Positions 47,061 to 61,451 of a stretch of 64,000 nt of DNA are shown piece by piece. The position numbers and the translations under genes are program-made. Location: assembly GCA_038087875.1 (NCBI GenBank), contig JAXLNO010000385.1:248001-312000 (forward strand), written 5' to 3'. The notes beneath the pieces are model-generated. The model was given only the letters and a program-made list of their open reading frames with translations. It ran no database searches and was not told the origin of the DNA. Within the stretch, counting starts at the first letter, position 1. Each line of letters starts with the position of its first letter. This stretch comes from Malacoraja senta (taxonomy: Eukaryota).

Positions 47061-47575
47061 ATAGAAACATAGAAAATAGGTGCAGGAGTTGGGCCATTCG
47101 GCCCTTCGAGCCTGCACTGCCATTCAATATGATCATGGCTGATCATCCAACTCAGTATCCTGTACCTGCCTTCTCTCCATACCCCCTGATCCCTTTAGCC
47201 ACAAGGGCCACATCTAACTCCGTCTTAAATATAGCCAATTAACTGGCCTCAACTACCTTCTGTGGCAGAGAATTCCAGAGATTCACCACTCTCTGTGTGA
47301 AAAATGTTTTTCTCATCTCGGTCCTAATAGATTTCCTCTTATCCTTAAACTGTGACCCCTTGTCCTGGACTTCCCCAACATCGGGAACAATCTTCTTGCA
47401 TCTAGCCTGTCCAACCCCTTAAGAATCTTGTAAGTTTCTATAAGATCCCCCCTCAATATGCTAAATTCTAGCGAGTACAATCCGAGTCTATCCAGTCTTT
47501 CTTCATATGAAAGTCCTGCCATCCCAGGAATCAGTCTGGTGAACCTTCTCTGTACTCCCTCTATGGCAAGAATGT
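47061..47575 (-). mobile_element. CR1 LINE 3' fragment
   Basis: ORF 47313-47603 plus the CR1 3' UTR and tail. Confidence 0.9.
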
Positions 47576-47715
47576 ATTTCGTTCTTTTGTATCTACCTTC
47601 CATTTAAACCAACATCTACTGTTCTTTCCAACACATCATGTCCAATCATCTACAGTGGATCAGCACGAGGCAGATGTTGACAATGGTGTCACTGGTGGAA
47701 TTATATCTGGGCCAC

Positions 47716-47781
47716 GTGCGTGTGTGCGTGCGTGCGCGTGCGTGTGCGTGCGTGCGTGTGTGTGTGTGTGTGTGTGTTTCA

Positions 47782-47818
<37 letters not shown>

Positions 47819-47820
47819 CA

Positions 47821-47869
<49 letters not shown>

Positions 47870-47983
47870 CATGTCCGTGTGTGTGTGTGTGTGTGTGTGT
47901 GTTAGTGTGTGTGTGTGTGTGTGTATGTCTGTGCGTGTGTGTGTTTCATGTGCGTGTGTGCGCGTGTGTGTGTGTATGTGTGA

Positions 47984-48019
<36 letters not shown>

Positions 48020-48089
48020 CATGTGTGTGTGTTTCATGTGAGTGTGTGTGTGTGTGTGTGTCTGTGTGTGTGTGTGTGTTTCATGTGCA

Positions 48090-48121
<32 letters not shown>

Positions 48122-48122
48122 T

Positions 48123-48164
<42 letters not shown>

Positions 48165-48317
48165 CATGTGTGTGTGTTTCATGTGAGTGTGTGTGTGTGT
48201 GTGTGTTTCATGTGTGTGTGTTTCATGTGAGTGTGTGTGTGTGTGTCTGTGTGTGTGTGTGTGTTTCATGTGCGTGTGTGTGTGTGTGTATGAGTGTGTG
48301 TGTGTGTGTATGTGTGT

Positions 48318-48369
<52 letters not shown>
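47716..48369. repeat. (TG)n microsatellite punctuated by TTTCA
   Basis: Directly visible. Confidence 0.97.
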
Positions 48370-48483
48370 CGATCGCCACTCTCCCCATCTCTCCCCCTCC
48401 CTCACCCCCTCTCCCCCCTTCCCGTCTCTCTCTCCCTCCCCCCTCTCTCACCATCTTCTCTCTCTCTCCCCTCTCGTGCTAAT

Positions 48484-48952
48484 GCCTAGATTTGAGTTCG
48501 GGGCCTAGATTTGGATTTTGGGCCTAAATCGCTTCCCTCTCTCTCTCTCTCTCCTTCTCTCTCTCTCTCCCCCTACCCATCTCTCTCCCCACTCCTCGTC
48601 TCTCCCGCTCCCCCCAGCCTCCCCTGGCTATGGCCTAGATTTGACTTTGCCTTGATTTGAGTTTAGGGCCTAGATTTGAGTTTAGGGCCTAGATTTGAGT
48701 TTAGGGCCTAGATTTGAGTTTCGGGCCTAGATTTGCGTTTAGGGCCTAGATTTGAGTTTAGGGCCTAGATTTGCGTTTAGGGCCTAGATTTGAGTTTAGG
48801 GCCTAGATTTGACTGCCTTGATTTGAGTTTAGGGCTGAGATTTGAGTTTAGCGCCTAGATTTGACTGCCTTGATTTGAGTTTAAAGCCATGATTTGAGTT
48901 TAGGGCCTAGATTTTCAGGTTAGGGTCATGATTTGAGTTTAGGGCCTAGATT
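48484..48952. repeat. 19-bp minisatellite (GGGCCTAGATTTGAGTTTA)n
   Basis: Roughly 15 or more copies, mainly at 48630-48952, with a TC-rich interruption. Confidence 0.92.
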
Positions 48953-49214
48953 TCTGTCTCTCTCATCCCATCCTCACCCTCCCTGCTGCAAAGCAGTGAG
49001 ATCTAGGAGCTCAGGTCCACAGCCCCCTGAGAGGGGCCTCACAGTGAGGGAGGGGGGAGGGAGAGGGGGGAAGGGAGAGAGGGGGGGAGGGAGAGACAGG
49101 GGTGGGGAGATTGCAACCTTCACGTGGTCCAACCTGGCGTGCACAATCAAGTAGAACAAGTTGTCCTACAACTTTATGCCGTGCACGCCACACGGAGGAA
49201 GAAGAGTTAGAGGG

Positions 49215-49518
<304 letters not shown>

Positions 49519-49984
49519 GATCTCCTCTCCTGCCGTTCAGCGCTGCGTGGATCAGTCTCCTGTCGCTCTGCGGGACTTCCTGCCCCTTCCCGCGCCATCG
49601 CGTCTTTACTGGAGCTAAGGGATGCATTGGATGGCCGGCGGTCGTCTCCAACCGGGCCCGGCCCAGCCCAGCGCGGGAAATGTAGCCAAACGGGACGCGG
49701 GGAATCTGATCTCAGCGGAGAACGACCGGCGACCATCGCCTGCTATGTGTCCCCATCACACCGTCAGCTCCACCCCCTTCCCCTTCCCCTCTGGTCCCCC
49801 TCCCTGGCTCCTGCCCCCTCCCCCGTTATAACCCCCCCCACACACACACACACACACAAACACACCCCACACACACCCCCCACACCACGCAACGCCCACA
49901 CCCTCCGCACACAAAAAACCCTCCCTTGCCCACATGCGCCGCTTCCCCCACAACCACCCCGCCCCCACACCCCTTCCCCCAACC

Positions 49985-50941
49985 CACACGGCAGCGGTAG
50001 GCCACGGTAGCTCCCGCCTGAAGCCGTCCCTCTCCCCTTGGCTGTGGGACGCTTCCCCTACTGGCCCCCGCCTGGAGCCATCCCATCCCCAGCTGCTGAA
50101 TGCTCCCCAACAGCCCCCGCCTGAAGCCGGTTGGCCACGGCAGCATTCCCCCCCTTCCCCACCGCCCCCCGACAGCCCCCGCCTGAAGCCACCCCCCTCC
50201 CCCGGCTGCAGGACGCTCCCACCTCCCCCACCAGCATCCGCCTGAAACTGTCCCCAGCTCCAGTACACTCCCCCACCGGACCCCGCCTGAAGCCAGTGGG
50301 GAGCGGCAGCAGCTGGCCACGGCAGCGACAGGCCACCGTAGCCCCCACCTGAATCCATCCCCCTCCCCCGGCTGCAGGTCGCTCTCCCCCCCCCACCGGC
50401 CACCGACAGCCCCCGCCTGAAGCCGTCCCCCGCTGCAGAACGCAACAAGAAAGAATGGACTGAATAAATCTCCTCTTTAACGTTTAAATTGTTGTTCTAT
50501 TTTAAGAATTATTCACATTTTAAGCTTGAATAAATCCCTTTTCCACTTGCCGTTCCCGTCAATAATACCTGCGTGTTCTACATCACAATGAGAACCCAAA
50601 GGGCGGGAATATCTGCCCTATGAGTGGATGGGGGGTGGGGTGGGGAGTTTTAAGTGAGTGCGTGGGGGGGGGAGGGCAAGAGGCGGAGTCGGGGGGGGGT
50701 GAGGGGAGGAGGAGGGGGATCAGGGGTGTCACAACGGGAACCCGTCAGTCGCGCCTGCGCAGTTAGGGGCTATGGGTGAGTGGTGGAATATTAAATTGGG
50801 GGATCGGGTGAGTGGTGGAATATTGCTATGGGTGTGTGGTGGAATATTGAATTGGGGGATCGGGTGAGTGGTGGAATAGTGGGTTGCGTCGGGGGGACCA
50901 GGCCTCCCGTGTGACTGGGACCCAACGGGCCCCACTTAGTC
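49985..50941 (+). mobile_element. Helitron-like 3' part with internal CCCCGCCTGAAGCC repeats and a subterminal hairpin
   Basis: TGGGACCC-AAC-GGGCCCCA hairpin at about 50916-50934, followed by CTTAGTC. The expected terminal CTAG is not intact. GTGGTGGAATA repeats lie upstream. Confidence 0.5.
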
Positions 50942-51192
50942 AATAGTCAAATTTATTCAACACATACACAAATGAAGTACAGTGAAATGAATTTGCCAGC
51001 AGCGGTACAATCAAAAATCACACACAATAAATGTTTTAATTTGTTTATATTTTTTTAATTAGAAGCAATTGTACAAGGATAAGACGATCGGCAGAACAAT
51101 TATTGTACAGATTCATTTTTAACCTTATAACCTAATTTTAAAATAAAGAAGGAAAACAAGGAAAGAAGAAAAAAAAGAATGAAGAGATAAAG

Positions 51193-52222
51193 TAGCAATG
51201 TTACAACTATTTGAGATTTTAAAATAAAGTCTGCTCTTTATCCCATCAGATAAAGCATAAAAATAAGTTTAATTTGACACCTAATTCACTTTCATATCTT
51301 CAGTATTAAAGAAGTTATGGCCATTTTCATACTCGGAAATTAGCATCTTGTTCCCTATTGCTTTTCCATTGACTTAACACAAAAGCTGTGATCGAGGACA
51401 GTTAAAAACCATAAGTTTCTTAAAAATTAAGATAACTGAAAGATATTTTCAGTTATTATAGATTGAAGCATTCTGAAACAAATATGAAACAATCTTACTT
51501 AGAAGACATGAAAGTAAAGCATATAATTAGTTAACCTAATTGTATCTAATTACAAAATTCAATTACTAGATCTAAACATCTATCAAATTTCTTAAGAATA
51601 GATTAACATTTTTAAATAGCCTGTGTCCAAATAACATTCACACAATAATTCACAATATAACAGAATTATTAAATCTCATTTTCATGAATTTACAGGCCAA
51701 ATGGAGGAATTGAATGTTTAATACCTGTAAATTAATGGGCATTTAAATCATCTGGTGAGTGAGGATTTCTGGAACGCGATCTTTGGAACGTTCACTTGCG
51801 GTGAATTTAACCCGTATTGGCATGAAAAATACTGCCGTTAGTTCGGGGAATAAAATCACTGTGTCGCATGAAAAAATGTGAATTAAAGGCTTCTTAAGAA
51901 GCACTTTTATACATTTAAAGAAACCACTTTCGTTTACCTATCCCGTGTGTGAAATCCGTCCCCGTTATCGGCGTTGACGCTTCAGGAGCTGCTTTTAAAA
52001 TTACTCTAGCGCTGACAATGACGATTTAATAAAAATAAAAAATTCACAAAACGCCGCTAGGAACGATTTGTTAGCAAACGCTTGTACTCCAAGAAATATA
52101 ATTCAGGACAAGGGAGAGAAACCGCGTTTAAACCCCGCCCCCCCCCTTAATGCGCCAAAATCGCGCACACGGCCAGTGGCAGAATTACTGCGCGACTGAA
52201 GGTAATTTTTGTAACATACCTA
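51193..52222 (-). mobile_element. Complete ~1.03-kb non-autonomous TIR DNA transposon (TAG...CTA termini, 7-bp TSD GATAAAG)
   Basis: Imperfect TIRs TAGCAATGTTACAA / TTGTAACATACCTA, with GATAAAG on both flanks. Confidence 0.72.
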
Positions 52223-52249
52223 GATAAAGTAGAAAAGAGCGGGAAAAAT

Positions 52250-52860
52250 ACCCCTAAGCTGCCGAGGCAGTGCAGGAGAAAGAAAAGTAAATAAGAAAAG
52301 AAGAAATGGATATATAGCTTCTCCCCCCCCACCAATCCTGGCATCGGATTTAGATTTAATTTGTGTTTAACCATTCTGTTATTGTAAAAATTCAGTAACG
52401 GCTGTCCATGTCTTAACAAATGACCTGTTTTTTCCGCCAAGACAAGCCTAATGTAGTGTCTCGACATGTCTGTAATCCACATCTTCACAGTAGGGACCGT
52501 TGTCTGTTTCCAAAATGTAAGTGTTAATTTTTCACCGTTATTAGGCCGTAATTGAGGAAACGTCTTTGAAATAATGTTAGCTTAGAGCAGGCTTCTGACA
52601 TTCCTAATGTGATCAGTTTTATATATCTGGGTCCAGTTTAATTTTAAGTATTTTGGAAAAGGAATCAAATATTCCCCCTCCAGAACTTTGTACAGGAAGC
52701 GAAAGATGGGTTGTAGTCGCTTCTTGGAGGAGACATTTATCACAAATAGGAGGTTTGGAAGATCTTGTTCAAATTGGGACTTTGAGTAGTAGAGTCGGCG
52801 CAGTATTTTACATTGTATCAGGGAGTGGCTAACATTAAGAGAGCAGTAATGTCTGTATAA
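52250..52860 (-). mobile_element. L1/Tx1-like LINE ORF2 C-terminal fragment
   Basis: CSLNVSHSLIQCKILRRLYYSK, then degenerate zinc-knuckle and W...P.V.MWITD-type motifs. Confidence 0.6.
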
Positions 52861-53056
52861 ATTTAAAAAAAACACAAAACATCCACCACGGCATTATTCA
52901 CTGTGGTGGAAGACACAAAGTACAGTCCGTCCTCCTCCATTTCCCCCCGTGGTCGGGACCACAAACCTTCCGAATCGGCGCTTCCCTACCGGAGACCGCG
53001 GCTTCCAGATGAAGTAGGCCGCGGGCTGGCGGTCCGGAACCAAAGTTCCTATAGCG

Positions 53057-53434
53057 GAGCAAGATAGACCACTCCTGCTAAATGCAATGGGCTGACGTGT
53101 AGTACGCAACGGAACGGAACGCGGGCCTTTTTTTCATCCATTTCCGTAACCCGACCCGACCCGACCCGCAGTGTAATCAACGTTACGGGGGAGCAGTTTG
53201 TTGTTAATAAATTATAATTCTGAAAATGAGAAGATTTTTCACCAAAGAACTTTTATGTTTACGAGGATGTTTCCGTAAAACCGGCTTCCGTCTCCACACT
53301 AGTTATCTTTGCTCCACTTTGCTGGGATCTTTGGTGCGGAGACGGAAGCCGGTTACGGAAATGGGGCCGAAAATTACCCATGGATCTGCCCATGACCCCA
53401 CGATGTCTTTTTTGTCGAGTGCACTAGCTTGCTC
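53057..53434. mobile_element. MITE (378 bp) with GAGCAAG...CTTGCTC TIRs and a 3-bp GCG TSD
   Basis: TIRs GAGCAAGATAGACCACTC / GAGTGCACTAGCTTGCTC. A mirror copy is at 62462-62838 and a related truncated copy near 54612-54770. Confidence 0.7.
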
Positions 53435-54919
53435 GCGGTGGGATCTTGGTGGGAACTCTGCTCCAGAGATCCCCGGCCCGCGGCCAACATCGTCTAGAAG
53501 GCTTAGTCTAGTTATACAATAAAGGCGTCTTTATCTACAATGCTCCCGACCCCTCCTCCCCCGCCGCGACCGGCGTTCAGGAATGCTTCCAGATACCCCG
53601 TGGACACCGCGACTTCCCTCCCAGGACACGCGGGTACGGTGGTGCGACCACCGACCGTTTGCTGCCTGGATCATAGAAACATAGACAACAGGTGCAGGAG
53701 GAGGCCATTCGGCCCTTCGAGCCAGCACCGCCATTTATTGTGATCATGGCTGATCGTCCCCTATCAATAACCCGTGCCTGCCTTCTCCCCATATCCCTTG
53801 ACTCCACTAGCCCCTAGAGCTCTATCTAACTCTCTCTTAAATCCATCCAGTGACTTGGCCTCCACTGCCCTCTGTGGCAGGGAATTCCATAAATTCACAG
53901 CTCTCTGGGTGAAAAAGTTTTTTTCTCACCTCAGACTTAAATGACCTCCCCTTTATTCTAAGACACTGGCCCCTGGTTCTGGACTCGCCCACCATTGGGA
54001 ACATTTTTCCTGCATCTAGCTTGTCCAGTCGTTTTATAATTTTATATGTTTCTATAAGATCCCCCCATCAGCCTTCTAAATTCCAGTGAATACAAGCCTA
54101 GTCTTTTCAATCTTTCCTCATATGACAGTCCCGCCATCCCAGGGATCAATCTGGTGAACCTACGCCCCACTGGCTGATCATCCCCAATCAGTACCCCGTT
54201 CCTGCCTTCTCCCCATATCCACTGACTCCGCTATCTTTTAGAGCCCTATCTAGCTCTCGAAAGCATCCAGAGAACCTGCCTCCACCGCCCTCTGGGGCAG
54301 AGAATTCCACAGACTCACCACTCTCTGTGAGAAACAGTTTTTCCTCGTCTCCGTTCTAAATGGCTTACTCCTTATTCTTAAACTGTGTGTGGCCCCTGGT
54401 TCTGGACTCCCCCAACATCAGGAACTTGTTTCCTGCCTCTAGCGTGTCCAACCCTGAACAATATTTCATGTTTCAATGAGAAGCCCTCTCATCCTTCTAA
54501 ACTCCAGAGTGTACAAGCCCAGCCGCTCCATTCTCTCGCATATGACAGTCCCGCCATCCCGGGAATTAACCTAGTGAACCTACGCTGGGCTCCCTCAATC
54601 AAGATCGTACAGCAAGCAAGATAGTGCACTCCTGCTATAACCAATGGGCTGACGTGTAGTACGCAATGGAGCCGAAAGTCGGCCATTTTAGTAACCCAAC
54701 CCGACTTTGTATATCCCTCTTGCAGTGTAATCAGCGTTGGCGGGGAACAGTTTGTGTGTGTGTGTAGTGTTAGATTTATGATTCATAATTCTGTTAATTC
54801 ATAATTCTGCTATTTTTTTGTTAATGATTAATATGTCTTTATTTTATTTTATTTATTTTAATGTTTAAAAAAATATATATATTTTTAAGGTTTTTAAAAT
54901 CTCCATCCCCTCCCCCTCC

Positions 54920-55113
54920 CAGTTCAACCACCGGTCTTACTGTCTCCGACTACATTCTATCTCTGTCTAGCCCACTTCCCCTGATATCAGTCTGAAGAAG
55001 GGTCTCGACCCGAAACGTCACCCATTCCTTCTCTCCAGAGATGCTGCCTGACCCCGCTGAGTACTCCAGCACTTTGTGTCTACCTTCGGTTTAAAGCATC
55101 ATCTGCAGTTCTT
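54920..55113 (+). mobile_element. Penelope-type 3' UTR with hammerhead motif
   Basis: CTGAAGAAGGGTCTCGACCCGAAACGTCACCC at 54992-55023. A mirror copy is at 60517-60548 (minus). Confidence 0.75.
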
Positions 55114-55221
55114 TCTCACTCATACATACATATACACACACACACGCACGCACACACACACGCACGCGAGCACACACACGCACGCACGCACGCACACACA
55201 CACACACACACGCACACACGT

Positions 55222-55258
<37 letters not shown>

Positions 55259-56338
55259 AATAGTGCAGAAAGATAAAAATCAATGCCCCAAGTCGATGTG
55301 GTTCAGCCTATTTGAGGTTGTGGAGTTTAACAGCCAGATGGCTGTGGGGAAAATCCCACTCCTGAAGTTGGACATTAGTTTTCTGGCTCATAGAAAATAG
55401 GTGCAGGAGGAGGCCATTCGGCCATTCGAGCCAGCACCGCCATTCAATGTGATCATGGCTGATCGTCCCCTATCAATAACCCATGCCTGCCTTCTCCCCA
55501 TATCCCTTGACTCCACTAGCCCCTAGAGCTCTATCTAACTCTCTCTTAAATCCATCCAGTGACTTGGCGTCCACTGCCCTCTGTGGCAGGGAATTCCACA
55601 AATTCACAACTCTCTAGGTGAAAAAGTTTTTTTCTCACCTCAGTCTTAAATGACCTCCCCTGTATTCTAAGACTGTTGAGCCCCTGGTTCTGGACTCGTC
55701 CAACATTGGGAACATTTTTCCTGCATCTAGCTTGTCCAGTCCTTTATATAATTTTATATGTTTCTATAAGAAACCACCCCCTCATCCTTCTGAACTCCAG
55801 TGAATACAAGCCCAGTCTTTTCAATCTTTCCTCATATGACAGTCCCGCCATACCAGGGATCAATCTGTGAACCTACGCTGCACTGCCTCAATCACAAGGA
55901 TGTCCTTCCTCAAATTAGGAGACCAAAACTGTACACAATACTCCAGATGTGGTCTCACCAGAGCCCTATACAACTGCAGAAGAACCTCTTTACTCCTATA
56001 CTGAAATCCTCTTGTTATGAAGGTCAACATTCCATTAGCTTTGGCTCCTGAACCTTCTTCCCGATGGCAGGGGTGGAACAAGCGTTTGGCCAGGGTGGTG
56101 CGGTACTCTGTCAATGTTGGCTGCTTTCATCCCTACCGCGGGCCCTGTCAATGCGGAGTTTTCACGTTCTCTCTCCCCGTGACCTGCGTGGGTTTTCTCC
56201 GGGCGCTCCGGTTTCCTCCCACACTCCGGGTTTTGTAGGTCAATGGCTTCACTTTTCTTACTTCTTTCTTTTCTTCTTGCTTAAAGTTTAAAAAAATGTA
56301 AGCGGTAATACAAAAAATGTATTAATATATACTTAGTG

Positions 56339-56538
56339 NNNNNNNNNNNNNNNNNNNNNNNNNNNNNNNNNNNNNNNNNNNNNNNNNNNNNNNNNNNNNN
56401 NNNNNNNNNNNNNNNNNNNNNNNNNNNNNNNNNNNNNNNNNNNNNNNNNNNNNNNNNNNNNNNNNNNNNNNNNNNNNNNNNNNNNNNNNNNNNNNNNNNN
56501 NNNNNNNNNNNNNNNNNNNNNNNNNNNNNNNNNNNNNN
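56339..56538. other. Assembly gap (200 N)
   Basis: Run of N. Confidence 1.
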
Positions 56539-56778
56539 CTGCAAATTTGCTAATATTACTTTGAATCCCTTCATCCGAATCATTGATGCATATTGTAAAT
56601 AGCTGCGGTCCCAGCACCGAGCCTTGCGGTACCCCACTAGTCACTACCTGCCATTCTGAAAGGGACCCGTTAATCCCTACTCTTTGTTTCCTGTCTGCCA
56701 ACCACTTCTCTATCCATGTCAGCACTCTAACCCCAATACCACGTGCCCTAATTTTGCCCACTAATCTCCTATGTGGGA
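56539..56778 (-). mobile_element. CR1 reverse transcriptase fragment
   Basis: PHRRLVGK...WLADRKQRV...[13 protein letters not shown]...ISKFA. Confidence 0.9.
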
Positions 56779-57567
56779 TCAATTCCTTAAGAATTTTAGA
56801 TGTTTCTATGATAACCTCTCATCCTTCAAAATTCCAGTGAATACAAGCCCAGTCGACCCATTCTCTCAACATATGACAGTCCCGCCATCCCGGGAATAAC
56901 CTGGTGAACCTACGCTGCACTCCCTCAATAGCAATGGGGGAGGAGAGAGAAAGAGAGGAGGGGAAAGGGGGAGAGAGGGGTGAGAGGGGGAGGAAAGAGA
57001 GAGGGTCCTATCTCCCAGTCCCTTCGTCCATGGTCACAGCGCGGAAACAGGCCCTTCGGCCCAACTTGCCCACACCGGCCAACATGCCCCATCTACACTA
57101 GTCCCAGAGTCACGGAAACAGGCCCTTCCTTCCTTCAGCCCAACTTGCCCACACCGGCCAACATGCCCCATCTACACTAGTCCCACCTGCCCGCGTTTGG
57201 CCCATATCCCTCCAGCCCTGTCCTATCCATGTACCTGTCCAAGTGTCTCTTAAACTATGCTTCAACTACCTCCTCCAGCAGCTCGTTCCATACACCCACC
57301 ACCCTCGAAAAGTGTGGAAAAGTTGCCCCTCAGGTTCCTATTAAATCTTCCCCCCCTCCCCTTAAACCCGTGTCTTTTGTGTGACTGGGTAGATATGTCA
57401 TTTCTCTATGATTTTTGTTGCTTTATGCAATATGAACTTTTCTGCATGTGATTCTAAATCAAACCAGAATATTATCTTATTCATGTAATTCTCAAGATTC
57501 TGTATCTTTCAATAAACGCTATCCGATTACTGTCATTGTTGTACAAGGAGTCTCGCAGAATGCACTT

Positions 57568-58218
<651 letters not shown>

Positions 58219-58908
58219 TGGATGTGGAGAGGATGCTTCACTAGTGGGAGAGTCTAGGACCAGAGGGCACAGCCTCAGAATTAAAGGACGTTCCTTTAGG
58301 AAGGAGGCGAGGAGGAATTTCTTTAGCCAGAGGGCGGTGAATCTGTGGGATTCGTTGCCACAGACAGCGGTGGAGGCCACAAGTCAGTGGGGATTTATAT
58401 TTAAGGCAGAGATAGATAGATTGTTGATTAGTGCGGGTGTCTGGGGTTATGGGGAGAAGGCGGGGGAATGGGGTTAGGGGGGAGAGATAGATCAGCCGTG
58501 ATTGAATGGTGGAGTGGACTGGATGGGCCGAATGGTCTAATTCTGCTCCTATCACTTAAGAAAGAGAGTGGGGAGGGGGGGCACATATCAGTCTGAAGAA
58601 GGGTCTCGACCCAAAACGTTGCCCATTCATTCCTTCTCTCCAGAGATGCTGCCTGTCCCGCTGAGTTACTCCAGCACTTTGTGTCTTATCTTCAGTGTAA
58701 ACCAGCATCTGCAGTTCTTTTGTGTGTGTGTTTCCTCTCCCGCCCTCCCCCCCCTCCCTCACTTCCCCCCTCCCACCATCGAAGGGATCTATGGGATGGT
58801 TTAGTTTAGAGATACAGCGCGGAAACAGGCCCTTCGGCCCCACCGTGTCCGTGCTAGCCGACCAGCGATCGCCCGTTCACACACTAGTTTAGTTTAGAGA
58901 TACAGCTC

Positions 58909-59143
58909 GGCTCCAGGGTCAAGTTTTAGCCTAGTAGCTAGGCCCAAGCCTCTGGTCGCTAGACCTCTGTATTCAAGTTTTGGCCTAGTCAGTTAGGCTT
59001 CAGGTCAGGCTATGTCCTAGTCATCTAGGCCTCAGTCTTGAAGTTCCGGCCTAGTCAGTTAGGCTTCAGGGTCAAGCTTCGCTCTAGTCAGCTAGGTCTA
59101 AGCCTCAGGCTTCAAATTTCGTCCTAGTCGGCTGGGCTTCAGC
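58909..59143. repeat. Degenerate ~33-bp tandem repeat with an internal palindrome (GCCTAG-tcag-CTAGGC)
   Basis: About 6-7 units of TCAAGTT..GGCCTAGTCAG(C/T)TAGGC(C/T)TCAG. Confidence 0.75.
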
Positions 59144-59464
59144 TTTAGTATAACAGGCCCTTCGGCCCCACCGAGTCCGTGCCGACCAGTGATCCCCGCA
59201 CACTAACACTATCCTACACACACACACACACTGGGGGACAATTTACAATCTTTACCGAAGCCAATTGACCTACAAACCCGGAGTGTGGGAGGAAACCGGA
59301 GCGCCCGGAGAAAACCCACGCAGGTCACGGGGAGAGAGAACGTGCAAACTCCATACAGACAGTGCCCGTGGTGGGGATGAAAGCAGCCAACATTGACAGA
59401 GTACCGCACCACCCTGGCCAAACTCTTGTTCCACCCCTGCCATCGGGAAGAAGGTACAGGAGCC

Positions 59465-60118
59465 AAAGCTAATGGAATGTTGGCCTTCATAACAAGAGGA
59501 TTTCAGTATAGGAGTAAAGAGGTCCTTCTGCAGTTGTATAGGGCTCTGGTGAGACCACATCTGGAGTATTGTGTACAGTTTTGGTCTCCTAATTTGAGGA
59601 AGGACATCCTTGTGATTGAGGCAGTGCAGCGTAGGTTCACCAGATTGATCCCTGGGATGGCAGGACTGTCATATGAGGAAAGATTGAAAAGACTGGGCTT
59701 GTATTCACTGGAGTTTAGAAGGATGAAGGGGTGGTTTCTTATAGAAACATATAAAATTATAAAAAGACTGGACAAGCTAGATGCAGGAAAAATGTTCCCT
59801 ATGTTCGGCGAGTCCAGAACCAGGGGCCACACAGTCTTAGAATAAAGGGGAGGTCATTTAAGACTGAGGTGAGAAAAAACCTTTTTCACCCAGAGAGTTT
59901 GTGAATCTGTGGAATTCCCTGCCACAGAAGGCAGTGGAGGCCAAATCACTGGATGGATTTAAGAGAGAGTTAGATAGAGCTCTAGGGGCTAGTGGAGTCA
60001 AGGGATATGGGGAGAAGGCAGGCACGGGTTATTGATAGGGGACGATCAGCCATGATCACAATGAATGGCGGTGCTGGCTCGAAGGGCCGAATGGCCTCCT
60101 CCTGCACCTATTATCTAT
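59465..60118 (+). mobile_element. CR1 LINE 3' fragment
   Basis: KANGMLAFI...VRPHLEYCVQFWSP through to the 3' tail. Confidence 0.9.
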
Positions 60119-60342
60119 GAGCCGGAAAACTAATGTCCAACTTCAGGAGCGGGATTTTCCCCACAGCCATCTGGCTGTTAAACTCCACAACCTCAAATAG
60201 GCTGAACCACATCGACTTGGGGCATTGATTTTTATCTTTCTGCACTATTATTGTGTGTGTGTGTGTGTGCACATGTGTGTGTGTGTGTGTGTGTGTGCGT
60301 GTGTGTGTGTGTGTGTGCGTGTGTTGGTGTGTGCGTGTGCGT

Positions 60343-60373
<31 letters not shown>

Positions 60374-61451
60374 CGTGCGTGTGTGTGTGTGTGTGTGTGT
60401 CTATATGTATGTATGAGTGAGAAAGAACTGCAGATGCTGGTTTAAACCGAAGATAGACACAAAGTGCTGGAGTAACTCAGCGGGTCAGACAGGCAGCATC
60501 TCTGGAGAGAAGGAATGGGTGACGTTTCGGGTCGAGACCCTTCTTCAGACTGATATCAGGGAAGTGGGCTAGACAGAGATAGAATGTAGTCGGAGACAGT
60601 AAGACCGGTGGGAGAACTGGGAAGGGGGAGGGGATGGAGATTTTAAAACCTTAAAAATATATATTTTTTAAACATTAAAATAAATAAAATAAAATAAAGA
60701 CATATTAATCATTAACAAAAAATAGCAGAATTATGAATTAACAGAATTATGAATCATAAATCTAACACTATATCACACACACAAACTGTTCCCCGCAACG
60801 CTGATTACACTGCAAGAGGGATATACAAAGTCGGGTTGGGTTACTAAAATGGCCGACGTTCGGCTCCGTTGCGTACTACACGTCAGCCCATTGGTTTTAG
60901 CAGGAGTGAACTATCTTGCTTGCTATACGATCTTTGATTGAGGGAGCCCAGCGTAGGTTCACCAGGTTAATTCCCGGGATGGCGGGACTGTCATATGCTG
61001 AGAGAATGGAGTGGCTGGGCTTGTACGCTCTGGAGTTTAGAAGGATGAGAGGGAATCTGATTGAAACAAATAAGATTGTTCAGGGCTTGGACACACGCTA
61101 GAGGCAGGAAACATGTTCCTGATGTTGGGGAGTCGAGAACCAGGGGCCACACACAGTTTAAGAATAAGGAGTAAGCCATTTAGAACGGAGACGAGGAAGC
61201 ACTTTTTCTCACAGAGAGTTGTGAGTCTGTGGAATTCTCTGCCTCAGAGGGCGGTGGAGGCAGGTTCTCTGGATGCTTTCAAGAGAGAGCTGGATAGGGC
61301 TCTAAAAGATAGCGGAGTCAGGGGATATGGGGAAAAGGCAGGAACGGGGGTACTGATTGGGGATGATCAGCCATGATCACATTGGCTCAAAGGGCCAAAT
61401 GGCCTACTCCTGCACCTATTGTCTATTGTCTATTGACATTATACCTTGACA

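Larger units (their letters stand above)
51461..56250 (+). repeat. Left arm of a large inverted duplication
   Basis: Reverse complement of 59258-64000, sharing TE junctions throughout. Confidence 0.92.

Noticed and set aside
53475..53512. Second Helitron 3' end (CTTAGTCTAGT)
   Set aside because: The terminal motif is present, but the upstream hairpin is only a 4-bp stem and no matching 5' end was found.
58909..59143. CRISPR-like palindromic repeat array
   Set aside because: No unique spacers, degenerate repeats, no cas genes and a vertebrate context.
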